From the IMG/VR virus record IMGVR_UViG_2541047962_000003: a DNA stretch of 41,648 bases, one strand, 5' to 3'. Position numbers and translations under genes: made by a program. This DNA comes from a virus (taxonomy: Duplodnaviria > Heunggongvirae > Uroviricota > Caudoviricetes). Position 1 is the stretch's first letter. Every line of letters starts with the position of its first letter. Of this stretch, positions 19,255 to 28,883 are shown piece by piece. The notes beneath the pieces are model-generated. The model saw only the letters and a list, made by a program, of their open reading frames with translations. It had not been told where the DNA came from and made no database searches.

Positions 19255-20028
19255 TCAGGCGGGATAAGAATGGGAGGTGGGAAAAACGATTTCTTTATAA
19301 CAGCGACAATTCGGGAGCTCGCCAGCGTGACCGGTCATGCCATCAAGCGTTGGAGGTTTGCCCCATTCGACAAATTTACCTTCCATTTCCCGATGAGAAT
19401 GCCTGACGTCACCATCTTCGGCTGTACGCCAGATATAACCATTCGAACCAATTGACAGCGCACGCGCCTGATCCAGCGCGCCGGTTGCACGTCCAAGTTC
19501 AGTACGGGCAATCAGGTCAGCTCTGGACTTTGCTATATCACCCGATGCGGCTATTTCTTTAGCAAAATGTTCCGCTCTCCCACCGGTCACAACAGCATCA
19601 ATCGCCCGATTCTGGATGTCGTACACCCTGTCAGCCGCCTCGAGGGGTAGCGATTTGATGTACTTAACCTGTTCAGCAACGATGGATTTCATCACCTGCC
19701 CTGGAGGGGCACTGTTTACCAGATTGCGTAGCTCACGGCTGATGGTTTTGCTGTGTTTACGCCACTGCTCATCATTCTTGCGCACAATGTCGGCGGTAAA
19801 GTTTTCCGCGACCTTTGTCGCCCAGGGGGTTATGATTTCACTGTAGCGTTCCAGCGCCTCAATAATTTCCGTGATACTGTCATTTGAACCATCGTAGCGA
19901 CCATTTACGATGTCCCCGACCGCCCGCGCTATCCTGCGTAGGCTGGTTCGATAGCGGATTTCCGCCTGACGGTTCCTGCGGTTCGTCATCAGGTTCGCCG
20001 ATGCCGGGCGGCGCTTCATCTTCGGCAT
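19255..20028 (-). CDS. Head morphogenesis protein (Mu gpF / SPP1 gp7 family)
   Basis: 257 aa. C-terminal ...NCRCY... motif typical of the family. Overlaps the portal gene 3' end by 149 bp in another frame; start uncertain. Confidence 0.7.
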   Translation of the reverse strand: MPKMKRRPASANLMTNRRNRQAEIRYRTSLRRIARAVGDIVNGRYDGSNDSITEIIEALERYSEIITPWATKVAENFTADIVRKNDEQWRKHSKTISRELRNLVNSAPPGQVMKSIVAEQVKYIKSLPLEAADRVYDIQNRAIDAVVTGGRAEHFAKEIAASGDIAKSRADLIARTELGRATGALDQARALSIGSNGYIWRTAEDGDVRHSHREMEGKFVEWGKPPTLDGMTGHAGELPNCRCYKEIVFPTSHSYPA

Positions 20029-21346
20029 TCTCGATGTCCTCGTCGGTAATGGATGCCCCTATGCCGGTTACGTCAGAATTTTCGCGCAAATCAGTCATAG
20101 CAGCTTTCAGTGTCATCAGACCATCACCCAGCGCTGTACTGATTGCGTTGGTGGTATTTAATGCCACCGTTGAACGATCGACATCAGACATTTGCCAGAG
20201 CGGGTTAAACTCAAATGTGAAATCATCCGGGAGCGGCTTGCCAAGTTCCGAACGATGCATGATGTCCAGTATCCGCCGCACCGGAAGACGTAAACGCCTC
20301 TCCTGCAACGAACTTACCCGGTCGTAATAGTTGGCAAGGTCTGCATCGCCAGTAGAAAATCCCTTCGGGGACTGTCCGAACAACCGCACCAGTGGGATAC
20401 CAACAGCGCCACTAATCTGTTCTGCAAACTGTGAAAGGATGTCATCCAGACCACTGAAGCTGTACTGATGGGTTTCAAACTTATCCCGCGAGTCCATGAG
20501 CGTCATACCTTCATTGCTCTGGAACTGTCGAATCAGGTCAATATTCTTCAGCAACGCTTCATACGCAGGACCACCAAGTGCGATAAGCTCGCGTAGCTTC
20601 TCCACGCTGTAGGTACGCAAATGCGCCTTGTAGACCAGCTGCGCCGCACCGACAGTAGCGCTGTCGAACGCGGTAAGACGATCCCAGATACGCTCTACAA
20701 CCGACATTCCCCATTCGTTCTCGGTCATCTTCTGCTGAAATGGCAGCGTGACGCCATCAAAGCGAATCAGGCGACTGTGATGAATGCGCCAGGCAGGAAT
20801 TCCCGTTGCTGTGGTCACCACATCATAAAACTCAGGTTTACCCAGGTCCGGCCCCATATCTTTAATGCGGCGGGTCAGTACCGGGGCAATCATCCAGCGG
20901 TCGAGCGGGAGAATCCCCTTAAACTTGCCCTTACCGATGGTTTCGGGTCGCAGCGGGGTCATTGGTGCCTGTCCCTCAATCATGATGAAACCCACCGCGC
21001 CGCCGTAGAGGCGCGACCATTTCAGCACGTCATTCAGCGCATCCCAGATTTGCAACTCATCCAGTTGTGATTCGAGAATGCCACGATCTTTTGCATCAAT
21101 TTCCGAAGTGATGCGAATGCCTTTGCGGGTCATATCATCCGGGATAGCATCGACTGCTTCGCCGATGATCCAGGATGAACGATAGGACCATTCCACCAGC
21201 ATGCGGTTACGACTGGTGAAATTAGCCCGGTAGGTGGATGCTGAGTGCTGGTTAGGTGTCTGCATCCCTACGCGGGCAATAAAATTCTCATAACCATCAG
21301 CTGTGGCCTGCGCAGTTCGCCGCAGGGCTTGTTTGTTTCGTGCCAT
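19880..21346 (-). CDS. Portal protein
   Basis: 488 aa with acidic C-terminus, directly downstream of the terminase large subunit. Confidence 0.8.
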   Translation of the reverse strand: MARNKQALRRTAQATADGYENFIARVGMQTPNQHSASTYRANFTSRNRMLVEWSYRSSWIIGEAVDAIPDDMTRKGIRITSEIDAKDRGILESQLDELQIWDALNDVLKWSRLYGGAVGFIMIEGQAPMTPLRPETIGKGKFKGILPLDRWMIAPVLTRRIKDMGPDLGKPEFYDVVTTATGIPAWRIHHSRLIRFDGVTLPFQQKMTENEWGMSVVERIWDRLTAFDSATVGAAQLVYKAHLRTYSVEKLRELIALGGPAYEALLKNIDLIRQFQSNEGMTLMDSRDKFETHQYSFSGLDDILSQFAEQISGAVGIPLVRLFGQSPKGFSTGDADLANYYDRVSSLQERRLRLPVRRILDIMHRSELGKPLPDDFTFEFNPLWQMSDVDRSTVALNTTNAISTALGDGLMTLKAAMTDLRENSDVTGIGASITDEDIENAEDEAPPGIGEPDDEPQEPSGGNPLSNQPTQDSAGGRGHRKWSLRWFK

Positions 21347-22968
21347 CAGGCCTGTCTCCCTAGCAGCTCCCAGATGTTCAGGGCTGAATTCATTGGGGCA
21401 TAGTTGATCATCACCGAGTCGGCAAGGTTTGGCGATCGGGTTCCATCAGGCTGTTTATCAATAACGATTTTTCCCACACCATTAATGGAATAGGTCGGCT
21501 GCGAAAGCTCGATGATGAGTTTATCTTTGAGTGCCATGCTACTGCTGATTGAGATGATTTCGTCCGGGTTGTAAGCCATACCTTCAACCACGGCGCGCCA
21601 GGTATTCTGAAAAAGTTTACGTAACCGCCACCAGCTCTGGGCTTTGGCGTTAGCGAAGAAGTCCTTGTTCAGACGTGCGGCTTGCCCGTTGTCCCCGCGA
21701 ACAGCTTCATCATCCGGATCAAATACCGCGCCACTACCTCGAAACGGTGTGGCGAGTATTGACGGTCGACGCACAGCGTTACGCAGTTCGTTGATAGCGC
21801 GTGCATCGCCGCGAACGCCAGCGCCCAGCCCGTCCTCGTCAAAGCGAAACTCTTCGAGGTTATCCTGTTCGCAAAAGCCGAAAACCTTCTCGACGGACTG
21901 ATAAATGTCGCTGCCCACACCGGACCATTCCCGCACATTTTCCAGGAGGAAGCCATGACGGGTGGAAAAGGCATTTTTGTCCCTGCCTTCGTCGGCGACA
22001 TCCATCGCGCCAAGTCGTTTGCCTGTTGGCTGGATACCCAGTTTGATATGCGCATCAACGGCAGCCTGTACCCATTCGGATGGAATCAGGACGCCTTCCG
22101 CTGATGCGCTGTAGTTCAGATCAAGTTCCTGTGCCACCACCACCGGATTATCGATTTTCTCGCATTCCCTGCGATACCACTCTTCATCCTTGCGAGGATC
22201 ATCCCGCCAGTGGAATGTGAATACCGGTATCTTCCCGCCATGACGCTTCTGAGCGAACGGGTTCGCCATGCCGTTAACTGAACTCAGGTCGATACGGCAA
22301 CGCGTCGTTTGTGACAACGCCGCATCAATCAGCAGAGGACGCTGAAGGAATGCAGCCTCATCAACCAGATAAAGCGTGGTACGGTCACCACGACCAATAT
22401 TATCGCCAGCCTCGCCTTTGATAACGGCACCAGTTTCAGGAAACTCAACACGCATATATGGCGCGTGCTTCTTCTCGCTCCACGAACCGCGAAACTCTAC
22501 AGGCAGTGTTTCCACGAACTTGCGCGCCTTCCAGAACAATGCTTTCGGGTCACCGGTGCTGTCGACGTATTCCTCTTTACGGGAGCCGAAACCGATAACC
22601 ATTTCTTTGTTGAAGAGACAAAGCGAACATGCCAGTCCGATCGCGGTCCAACTGAGTCCCATTTCACGGGATTTTTCGGTAATACCATTCTCCCGATTGC
22701 TCCAGCGTTCCATAATCCAGTGGATCCACTCCTCCTGCTTAGGGAAGAGTAAAAACGGAATGGTCACCGGCAGGCCATAATCAATATTACGCGGGTCCGT
22801 TGTCATGCCCCAGTCGATGATGAACTGAGCCGGATTGGTTCGGTAAAACTGTTTTAGTGCAGGCAATATTTCAGGATTCTGGCGAATGCGCTGTAGGCGT
22901 TCCATCCGCCATTCAAAAACCATCTGGTAATCAGGATGTTTAAAATCGAAGGGGAATGGTAACGGCAT
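21346..22968 (-). CDS. Terminase large subunit
   Basis: 540 aa with ATPase and nuclease features (…LYLVDEAAF…), in canonical position. Confidence 0.85.
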   Translation of the reverse strand: MPLPFPFDFKHPDYQMVFEWRMERLQRIRQNPEILPALKQFYRTNPAQFIIDWGMTTDPRNIDYGLPVTIPFLLFPKQEEWIHWIMERWSNRENGITEKSREMGLSWTAIGLACSLCLFNKEMVIGFGSRKEEYVDSTGDPKALFWKARKFVETLPVEFRGSWSEKKHAPYMRVEFPETGAVIKGEAGDNIGRGDRTTLYLVDEAAFLQRPLLIDAALSQTTRCRIDLSSVNGMANPFAQKRHGGKIPVFTFHWRDDPRKDEEWYRRECEKIDNPVVVAQELDLNYSASAEGVLIPSEWVQAAVDAHIKLGIQPTGKRLGAMDVADEGRDKNAFSTRHGFLLENVREWSGVGSDIYQSVEKVFGFCEQDNLEEFRFDEDGLGAGVRGDARAINELRNAVRRPSILATPFRGSGAVFDPDDEAVRGDNGQAARLNKDFFANAKAQSWWRLRKLFQNTWRAVVEGMAYNPDEIISISSSMALKDKLIIELSQPTYSINGVGKIVIDKQPDGTRSPNLADSVMINYAPMNSALNIWELLGRQA

Positions 22969-22970
22969 AC

Positions 22971-23543
22971 TTAGCCCATCATTTTTCTATACGCCTCTGC
23001 AGCCTGCTCCGGCGTTAAGTTGGTAATTTCTGTTCTGACTGGTCCTCCATCAGCGCCAGTCACTTCATTTTTGACGTTGTCTTTAAACGCCTGAACAGAA
23101 ACATGACGCCCAAGCAACTCAAGGTTTTTAACCTTATCAGGCCACTTAATCTTTTTAAGGATCCCGACCATTTCTCTGTCATCTCCTCGCCCCTCAAACA
23201 TTTCAGCGAGGTTAAATCCACTCAGGTACCGACGCCACGATTCCGGCCACGCAGACAGAGGCTTAATACTTAAATCGTCCTCCAGGATGTCAGCCACATC
23301 GAGCCTGTCGATCTCAACCAGTCGCATCAGCACATAATTCGCATCAATGCCCAGTTGATCAATACGCTCCTGCTTTAGCTCGTTGATGCGGGCGCGTATC
23401 TCAGGTTTACCGTATAGTTCAGCCCCCGTAACATGTGCTCGCCTGGAGGCGTAGCCTGCGCGAATAGCTGCTTGTGTAGCATTCAGATCGACAAGAAACT
23501 CGCGACAAAACACCTCGTGTTTTGCTTTCAGCTTCTTAGTCAT
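22971..23543 (-). CDS. Terminase small subunit
   Basis: 190 aa, immediately upstream of the large subunit. N-terminal helix-turn-helix-like region. Confidence 0.7.
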   Translation of the reverse strand: MTKKLKAKHEVFCREFLVDLNATQAAIRAGYASRRAHVTGAELYGKPEIRARINELKQERIDQLGIDANYVLMRLVEIDRLDVADILEDDLSIKPLSAWPESWRRYLSGFNLAEMFEGRGDDREMVGILKKIKWPDKVKNLELLGRHVSVQAFKDNVKNEVTGADGGPVRTEITNLTPEQAAEAYRKMMG

Positions 23544-23604
23544 TTTATTTTCCAGTTATCAGGTCATTATCGAAGCCCCTCCTGGAAGAGCTTCTGTAAT
23601 GCTA

Positions 23605-24129
23605 TTACCGGGACTGTTCTACTTGTCGGACACCAGCCAACTGGTTATTCGCCTTCTCGATGGCTGCCAACAGTGGGTTAATCCACAGAACAGCCTGGCA
23701 ATATGTCAACGTTCTGGTGGTAGTGGCACGATCACCGGCTGAGTCAATGTCCCCGGAATCGGCGTGCAATGCGCTGGCACGTAAACGGTTCGCGTAGTTG
23801 AGCACCCCGACAGCAATATCAACAGGAACAGGGAAATCACAGTTCTTTTCACGGAGCAGAACCTCACGGTATTTGATGACTGTCTTCTCGTGACCGATGT
23901 CGACCAGAGAATTTAATCGGCTTGCGTTTTCTGCTATCTGGTTAAAGCGATTGAAGTTTAATGCCTGATTAGCTATCACTTTCCCTTGATATTCAGCTTC
24001 ACCTTCCGCTTTATCAGCCCGCAACTTTTCTGCCCGATACTTGCTGTGGTAATGGTTTGCAGACCAGACGAGCGCCCCAAAGGCAGAGAAGAAAAATGCC
24101 GCGATGACAATCTTATAAGTCAGCTTCAT
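23605..24129 (-). CDS. Rz-like i-spanin; an embedded Rz1 o-spanin may be present but was not resolved
   Basis: 174 aa with N-terminal transmembrane helix and coiled-coil-like body, overlapping the endolysin stop. Confidence 0.6.
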   Translation of the reverse strand: MKLTYKIVIAAFFFSAFGALVWSANHYHSKYRAEKLRADKAEGEAEYQGKVIANQALNFNRFNQIAENASRLNSLVDIGHEKTVIKYREVLLREKNCDFPVPVDIAVGVLNYANRLRASALHADSGDIDSAGDRATTTRTLTYCQAVLWINPLLAAIEKANNQLAGVRQVEQSR

Positions 24130-24589
24130 TTACCACCCCACCAGCATCTTTAAACCTGGAAATCAGGTCACCGATTTTATGTTCATACTGACCGTAACCT
24201 GCACCAGGTAACGACGCCCAGATATTGCTGCAACGGTCGATTGCCTGACGAATATCGCCACGGTCAATCATCGGTAAAGCGCCACGCTCTTTAATCTGCT
24301 GCAGCGCCACAGCGTCCTGACTTTCTGGCGAAAAATCTTTCAGGCCAAGCTGCTTGCGGTAGGCATCCCACCAGCGTGAAAGAAGTTGATACCGGCCTGC
24401 AGCTGTTGATTTAAGCTTCGGGTTTAGCGTGACAAGTTTGCGAGGGTGATCGGAGTAATCAGTGAACAACTCACCTCCGACGATAACGTCATAACCGTGA
24501 TTACGTGTCGGTTGTCGCCCGTTATCCGTTCCTTCTGACCATGCCACCATATCCAGGAAAGCTTTACGTTGGGAATTTAGTGTCTGCAT
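24113..24589 (-). CDS. R: Endolysin, phage lambda R-type lytic transglycosylase
   Basis: 158 aa. ...NSQRKAFLDMVAWSEGTDNGRQPTRNHGYDVIVGGELFTDYSDHPRKLV... matches lambda R closely as recalled. Confidence 0.9.
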   Translation of the reverse strand: MQTLNSQRKAFLDMVAWSEGTDNGRQPTRNHGYDVIVGGELFTDYSDHPRKLVTLNPKLKSTAAGRYQLLSRWWDAYRKQLGLKDFSPESQDAVALQQIKERGALPMIDRGDIRQAIDRCSNIWASLPGAGYGQYEHKIGDLISRFKDAGGVVNEADL

Positions 24590-24592
24590 GAA

Positions 24593-24934
24593 TTACTCCT
24601 TAGAGCCACCAAACTTGTTACCGATTACTCGCATTGCAGCCCCACGAATAGCATCGACACCGATCAGCCCAACACCACCACCAATGGCAACAGAAAGAGA
24701 TTTAGGCCATCCAACATACTCAAGAGCGGATGCAAAGGTCAGCGTCAGAGCACCACAGAGCAAAATCTCAAGCGTTTTTCGTTTCCAGCCGCCGCCACCG
24801 CCAAAATAGGCAATGCGCAAGCCAGCCATAACAATTGACATAACCACTGCGCCCAACGGCGTATCTCCACGCCACCAACTTTGTAAGAGTTCCAGTAAGT
24901 CAGGCCAGGAATGAGGAGCATTGTGCATTTTCAT
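24593..24934 (-). CDS. Holin with MKM dual-start motif
   Basis: Hydrophobic helices. ATG-AAA-ATG preceded by GGAGGTG. The ORF could extend to 24952. Confidence 0.6.
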   Translation of the reverse strand: MKMHNAPHSWPDLLELLQSWWRGDTPLGAVVMSIVMAGLRIAYFGGGGGWKRKTLEILLCGALTLTFASALEYVGWPKSLSVAIGGGVGLIGVDAIRGAAMRVIGNKFGGSKE

Positions 24935-25035
24935 ACTTCCCACCTCCGCCATTACGGGGTGTTGTTGAAAGGCGGGCCCTGCGTATACGCCCGTAGGATT
25001 GGGTTATGAGCCGTCCTTCGGTGGGCCCTGAATAC

Positions 25036-25058
25036 AAAAAAAGTTCGCCATAGCGAAC
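25036..25058 (-). terminator. Rho-independent terminator (tR'-like) upstream of the lysis genes
   Basis: Minus strand reads GTTCGC-tatg-GCGAAC followed by seven T; perfect hairpin about 80 nt upstream of the holin start. Confidence 0.7.
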
Positions 25059-25288
25059 CTTGTTAAATTTGTTAAAAAAGGAAGTTATTTAACATAATGT
25101 ACGTTATAGGAACCACACGATCACCGCTCGCAATAGATTTGCGATGAAAGGCCTATTTAATCAACTTAAGTGGTCCAGAATGACGAAATTCGAGTGAATA
25201 AAAGGTGCATAAAAAAGGGCAAAAACTGCATAGCGTTTTTTCGCAGCGAAAGCCCTGTTTTATTAACTTTTCCCCAGAATGGGGCAAT

Positions 25289-25312
25289 AAAAAAGGCCCC
25301 CTTGCGGAAGCC
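25289..25312 (-). terminator. Rho-independent terminator after the post-Q gene
   Basis: Minus strand reads GGCTTCC-gcaa-GGGGGCC followed by TTTTTT (tetraloop, with G-U pairs). Confidence 0.55.
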
Positions 25313-25379
25313 TCTTCGTGATGAACTGTTTTCAACGGATATCAGGCTAATCGGCTTTTTGGAATTCCACAACTATTTT

Positions 25380-25721
25380 TTATCTTACCTTGATGCCTGA
25401 TGCCGTCAGATGTTTACGACAGTCCTGAATACCTTCGTTATAACCCGCATCGTAGAAGCTATCCGGCTTTGCCTTCAGCGCAGGAAGCGTAACGCTGGTA
25501 GCTCTTCGTTCGGCCAGAACACCTGCCTGAAAGAGTGTCCACATCAACTGAACTGCTGAATCACAGTAAGTAACATCTTCACTGTACAATTCTCGTTCAA
25601 TCCTGATGCCAAGTTGAGCCTTCATTGATGCGCTAATATTACCTTTGACCTGCAACGACAGGTCTGGGTACCTCTGTTCCATGAAGCTTTCAAATCTGTT
25701 GCGAACGCTGATCAGAGCCAT
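25380..25721 (-). CDS. Hypothetical protein, 113 aa, encoded between Q and the late regulatory region
   Basis: ATG preceded by AAGGGA, 31 bp after the Q stop. No recognised domain. Confidence 0.55.
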   Translation of the reverse strand: MALISVRNRFESFMEQRYPDLSLQVKGNISASMKAQLGIRIERELYSEDVTYCDSAVQLMWTLFQAGVLAERRATSVTLPALKAKPDSFYDAGYNEGIQDCRKHLTASGIKVR

Positions 25722-25752
25722 CTGGTTCCCTTACGTGATTGATTGCTGGATA

Positions 25753-26175
25753 TTATGCCGCCGAGCAGCTCCTACGCAAAGTCCTGATAGCCTGAGGCTT
25801 TGACTGAACCGACTGATCCATTTCGAGCACCACATCCAGCATGGCTAAGCAACCGTCAATAAATCCCTCTGCCGCCTGAAGCCTCTTCAGAACGTGGGTG
25901 TGAGATACGCCGAGCTTCTCACCCATCGCCCGCACGGGCATGGCCTGGACGTAATGCCACTCAAGGAGCGTGCACAGATACGGATCTTTTTTCTTCAGGC
26001 AGCTCATAGCGGAGTTGATGATAAGACCGTCATTGTCACTGCATTTCAGCCTTCCAGACTGCGTCGCGGGTAGCAGATTCTTAAACCCGGCTGCAACAGG
26101 AGGAAAGTAGACGCTACCACCTTCACTCGCTGCCCAGCCACCCCAGCGCTCTAAAACCTGTTGAATATTACGCAT
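25753..26175 (-). CDS. Q: Late-gene antiterminator Q (phage 82/21 type)
   Basis: 140 aa. N-terminal ...VLERWGGWAA... motif characteristic of this Q family as recalled. Located upstream of the lysis cassette. Confidence 0.75.
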   Translation of the reverse strand: MRNIQQVLERWGGWAASEGGSVYFPPVAAGFKNLLPATQSGRLKCSDNDGLIINSAMSCLKKKDPYLCTLLEWHYVQAMPVRAMGEKLGVSHTHVLKRLQAAEGFIDGCLAMLDVVLEMDQSVQSKPQAIRTLRRSCSAA

Positions 26176-26299
26176 AGCTCTGACCTCTACGTTTTGCTAC
26201 GAAAAAATTTTCTGAGAACCACGTCTGTTTATCCGTGGGTGTGGATAACGCAGTTCCGATTCGCTTATTACACGCTGTTATGTGCAAAAAATTCCTTGT

Positions 26300-26490
26300 T
26301 CGGCCTGTACCAACCTGTACCCACCTGTACCAGCTCTTTTCAAACCTTTTCCCCAAGCGACTTATACATATATATGGGGTTCTTAGTAATTAGGTTGGTA
26401 CAGATGGTACAGTTGGTACTGACCTTTAAATTCAATTAGTTAAAATGTACCAACCTCTATTTTGAGGCTGGTACAGGTTGGGACACCGCC
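26300..26490. repeat. Putative replication origin: cluster of 10-bp iterons (TGTACCAACC / GGTTGGTACA) in both orientations flanking an AT-rich core
   Basis: Direct repeats TGTACCAACC, TGTACCCACC, TGTACCAGCT at 26306-26335. AT-rich stretch 26336-26393. Inverted copies GGTTGGTACA, GATGGTACA, GTTGGTAC at 26394-26419. Further copies at 26446-26455 and 26467-26485. Confidence 0.6.
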
Positions 26491-28649
26491 TCAAAAATTC
26501 GAGTCATTTTCCCCCCAATTCGCCTTTGGGCACGCTTATACCCGCAATTTTGCAAAACATTACTAATTCGCATTTCTTCGCGTTTTCCGATGCGGTCAGG
26601 ATTTAGCCCAATCGCATCACGCAAAACATCACTTGCGCGTAAAAATTCGCAATCTCGCGGAAGTTCATTAGTCATCAGGTCTGGCGTGTCGAGCCATTTC
26701 TCTACCGTTTCAAGCCAAGCATCCTTGATGGTGTACTGTTCATGGACACTCGCTGCCAGTTGTTCAGCCTCACGGAACTGGATACCCCCCAGACGCTGAA
26801 ACACCTCACGAGCCTCAGCCCAAAGTAAAAGGAGATCTCTTTTTATCGCTTTCACGTCGACTTTCGACACTTCCACGGGGAGCCAGCGACGGTTACCAGT
26901 CTTGTCCGCAAGGAATTCGTCCTCATTGGTGGTACCAACGAACACCAGGCGACGAGGAAACTGGGTGGCGAACTCCCGGTATTTCGGGATCCAGTTTTCG
27001 TGAGTACGCGTCACAAACGCTTTGATTGACTCCAGCTCTTTGGTATTAAGTCCGCGCAGTTCACCAATCTCTGCCACCAGCCGACCACGCATTTTTCGAG
27101 CGAGATCATCGTCTTTTTCGGCAAAAGAGATTTCAGTAAAAAACGCAGGATCAGGGCTCAGTGCCTCCACTCCGGAAGACTTACCGCAGCCCTGCGGACC
27201 AACGAGGATCGGCACCATATCCGCTTTGATGCCTGGCTCCAGTACTCGCCCCGCCAACGCGGTCCACATGTACATAGACACCGCACGGGTATAAGGCGTG
27301 TCGGCGGTACCGAAGTGCGTATGGTAGAAACATTCGATGCGCGGCACCCCATCCCACTCCAGTCCGTTCAGCCAGGCGATCGCTGAATCGAATGGTTGTT
27401 CATCGGCTGCAAGTAACACCACATCGCGAATAAGTTCACGGCCAACAGGTTTAAATCCCCGCTTTTCCATCGTGATGCGCAGGCGCGCATAATCCGCATC
27501 GGTGAATGCCCGCCATTGTCCGGATCCTGCCGGGGCAAACATGATTTCGTCGCGGAACAGGTCAAAGCGAATATCGATGTCCACAAAATCAGGGCGTACT
27601 ACTGCTTTGGCTGCGTTGCTGATGGTTGCCTCGATACGCCCCCATTTATCACGCTCGAAAGCAGGCAGCGGTAAAGGTTCCGCCACTTCGGTGCTGGTCA
27701 GATCTTCGAAATCGTCGTTGCGGATCCCGATGGCATTAAGGAAATCTCCGTCATCACGATGCGCACAACTGGCATGCAGGCATTTAAAATGCCCCTGCTC
27801 AAAGCCCGCGGTTCCCGCAGGAAAATAAACTGTGCTTGTTGGATCGCCCCCGCTACTGTGGCCGTCTTCAAACGGACAGCGGATATATCGTTCACCATTT
27901 GCACCATCCAGCAGCGTCCAGCCATTGGCATCAAGATATTCAGCTGTATCATCCGTCGCGCCGGGCGTGAATGCTGATCGGTCGCGCATCTTCGTGTTGC
28001 CCGCTTCGGTGGTTACCGACACAGGGAGTTGTTCAGCCAGGCGCTGCCACAGCGTTTCAAGCTGCTCACCAGTAATAGCCGGAGGTTCATCCGGCAAACC
28101 GCCGTCCCATTCAATACGCGCGCCGCTGCTGTGCGTACCGCAGGCAACGAACTGCTGCCCGTTCGCCAGCAACTCGATAATGCCCATATCCCCCGCCAGG
28201 CGATGGATACGCTTACGGAAATCACCATCAACGGCCAGCAGATACAGACACTTATTACTGTTTGCTCGCCAGCGTCGTGGCGGCAACTCACCCAGAAGTT
28301 GCACAAGCGTTTTACGAATATCTGCCTGAATGTCTTCATCTTCGCTATCACAGTCCAGCGCCAGCCAGCCATGGCCTGTACGCACGCAGATGCCATAATC
28401 CGGTTCATTCGACCAGCGGGCAAAATCATGCTCAGTAACAACATGCCCGGTCCATTGAGCAATACCGGTGACCTGGCGGTCCCGGTTATAGCGACTCGGC
28501 GTCTTACCCAACGCTTTCAGTTTACTATCAGGGGATATGGTCGCACCGGGGTTACATACAACTGGCAGAAGATGATCAGTTCTCCCCAATACCAGGTCGA
28601 AATGAAACCACTCATCAGGCGTAGCTCCCCATGGTTTGCTATCGGACAT
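26457..28649 (-). CDS. DNA primase/helicase (D5/P4-alpha-like, with Walker A motif)
   Basis: 730 aa. ...VGPQGCGKSS... P-loop in the C-terminal half. Translationally coupled to the cro-like gene. Confidence 0.8.
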   Translation of the reverse strand: MSDSKPWGATPDEWFHFDLVLGRTDHLLPVVCNPGATISPDSKLKALGKTPSRYNRDRQVTGIAQWTGHVVTEHDFARWSNEPDYGICVRTGHGWLALDCDSEDEDIQADIRKTLVQLLGELPPRRWRANSNKCLYLLAVDGDFRKRIHRLAGDMGIIELLANGQQFVACGTHSSGARIEWDGGLPDEPPAITGEQLETLWQRLAEQLPVSVTTEAGNTKMRDRSAFTPGATDDTAEYLDANGWTLLDGANGERYIRCPFEDGHSSGGDPTSTVYFPAGTAGFEQGHFKCLHASCAHRDDGDFLNAIGIRNDDFEDLTSTEVAEPLPLPAFERDKWGRIEATISNAAKAVVRPDFVDIDIRFDLFRDEIMFAPAGSGQWRAFTDADYARLRITMEKRGFKPVGRELIRDVVLLAADEQPFDSAIAWLNGLEWDGVPRIECFYHTHFGTADTPYTRAVSMYMWTALAGRVLEPGIKADMVPILVGPQGCGKSSGVEALSPDPAFFTEISFAEKDDDLARKMRGRLVAEIGELRGLNTKELESIKAFVTRTHENWIPKYREFATQFPRRLVFVGTTNEDEFLADKTGNRRWLPVEVSKVDVKAIKRDLLLLWAEAREVFQRLGGIQFREAEQLAASVHEQYTIKDAWLETVEKWLDTPDLMTNELPRDCEFLRASDVLRDAIGLNPDRIGKREEMRISNVLQNCGYKRAQRRIGGKMTRIFEAVSQPVPASK

Positions 28650-28652
28650 GGG

Positions 28653-28865
28653 TTAAGCCTTTTTATCGTTTTGTGAGCCATACAACAGCCAATTAGGGTC
28701 GCAATCCAATGCTATAGACATTTCAAGAAGATAACGTGGCCGAGCAATAACACCACTTTCAATTCTGTTTATTGCCTGCTGGCTCACTCCTGTGAGCTCA
28801 GCCAACGTAACTTGCGTCATTTTGAGTTCTTTACGTCGTTCTTTTACTCGGGTCGCTAAGGTCAT
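28653..28865 (-). CDS. cro: Cro-like helix-turn-helix regulator
   Basis: About 70 aa. ...QVTLAELTGVSQQAINRIE... helix-turn-helix. ATG at 28865 preceded by GAGGTG. Divergent from the CI gene. Confidence 0.7.
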   Translation of the reverse strand: MTLATRVKERRKELKMTQVTLAELTGVSQQAINRIESGVIARPRYLLEMSIALDCDPNWLLYGSQNDKKA

Positions 28866-28883
28866 TGCTTTCACCTCATACAA

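Noticed and set aside
26300-26490. Short repeats that might be taken for a CRISPR array
   Set aside because: The repeats are only 10 bp, directly abutting or irregularly spaced, occur in both orientations and have no spacers. They fit iterons of a replication origin.
27022-28676. + strand ORFs (90 to 215 aa) within the primase-helicase gene
   Set aside because: They are antisense to a gene with clear Walker A and primase features and have arginine/serine-rich composition typical of GC-rich antisense frames.
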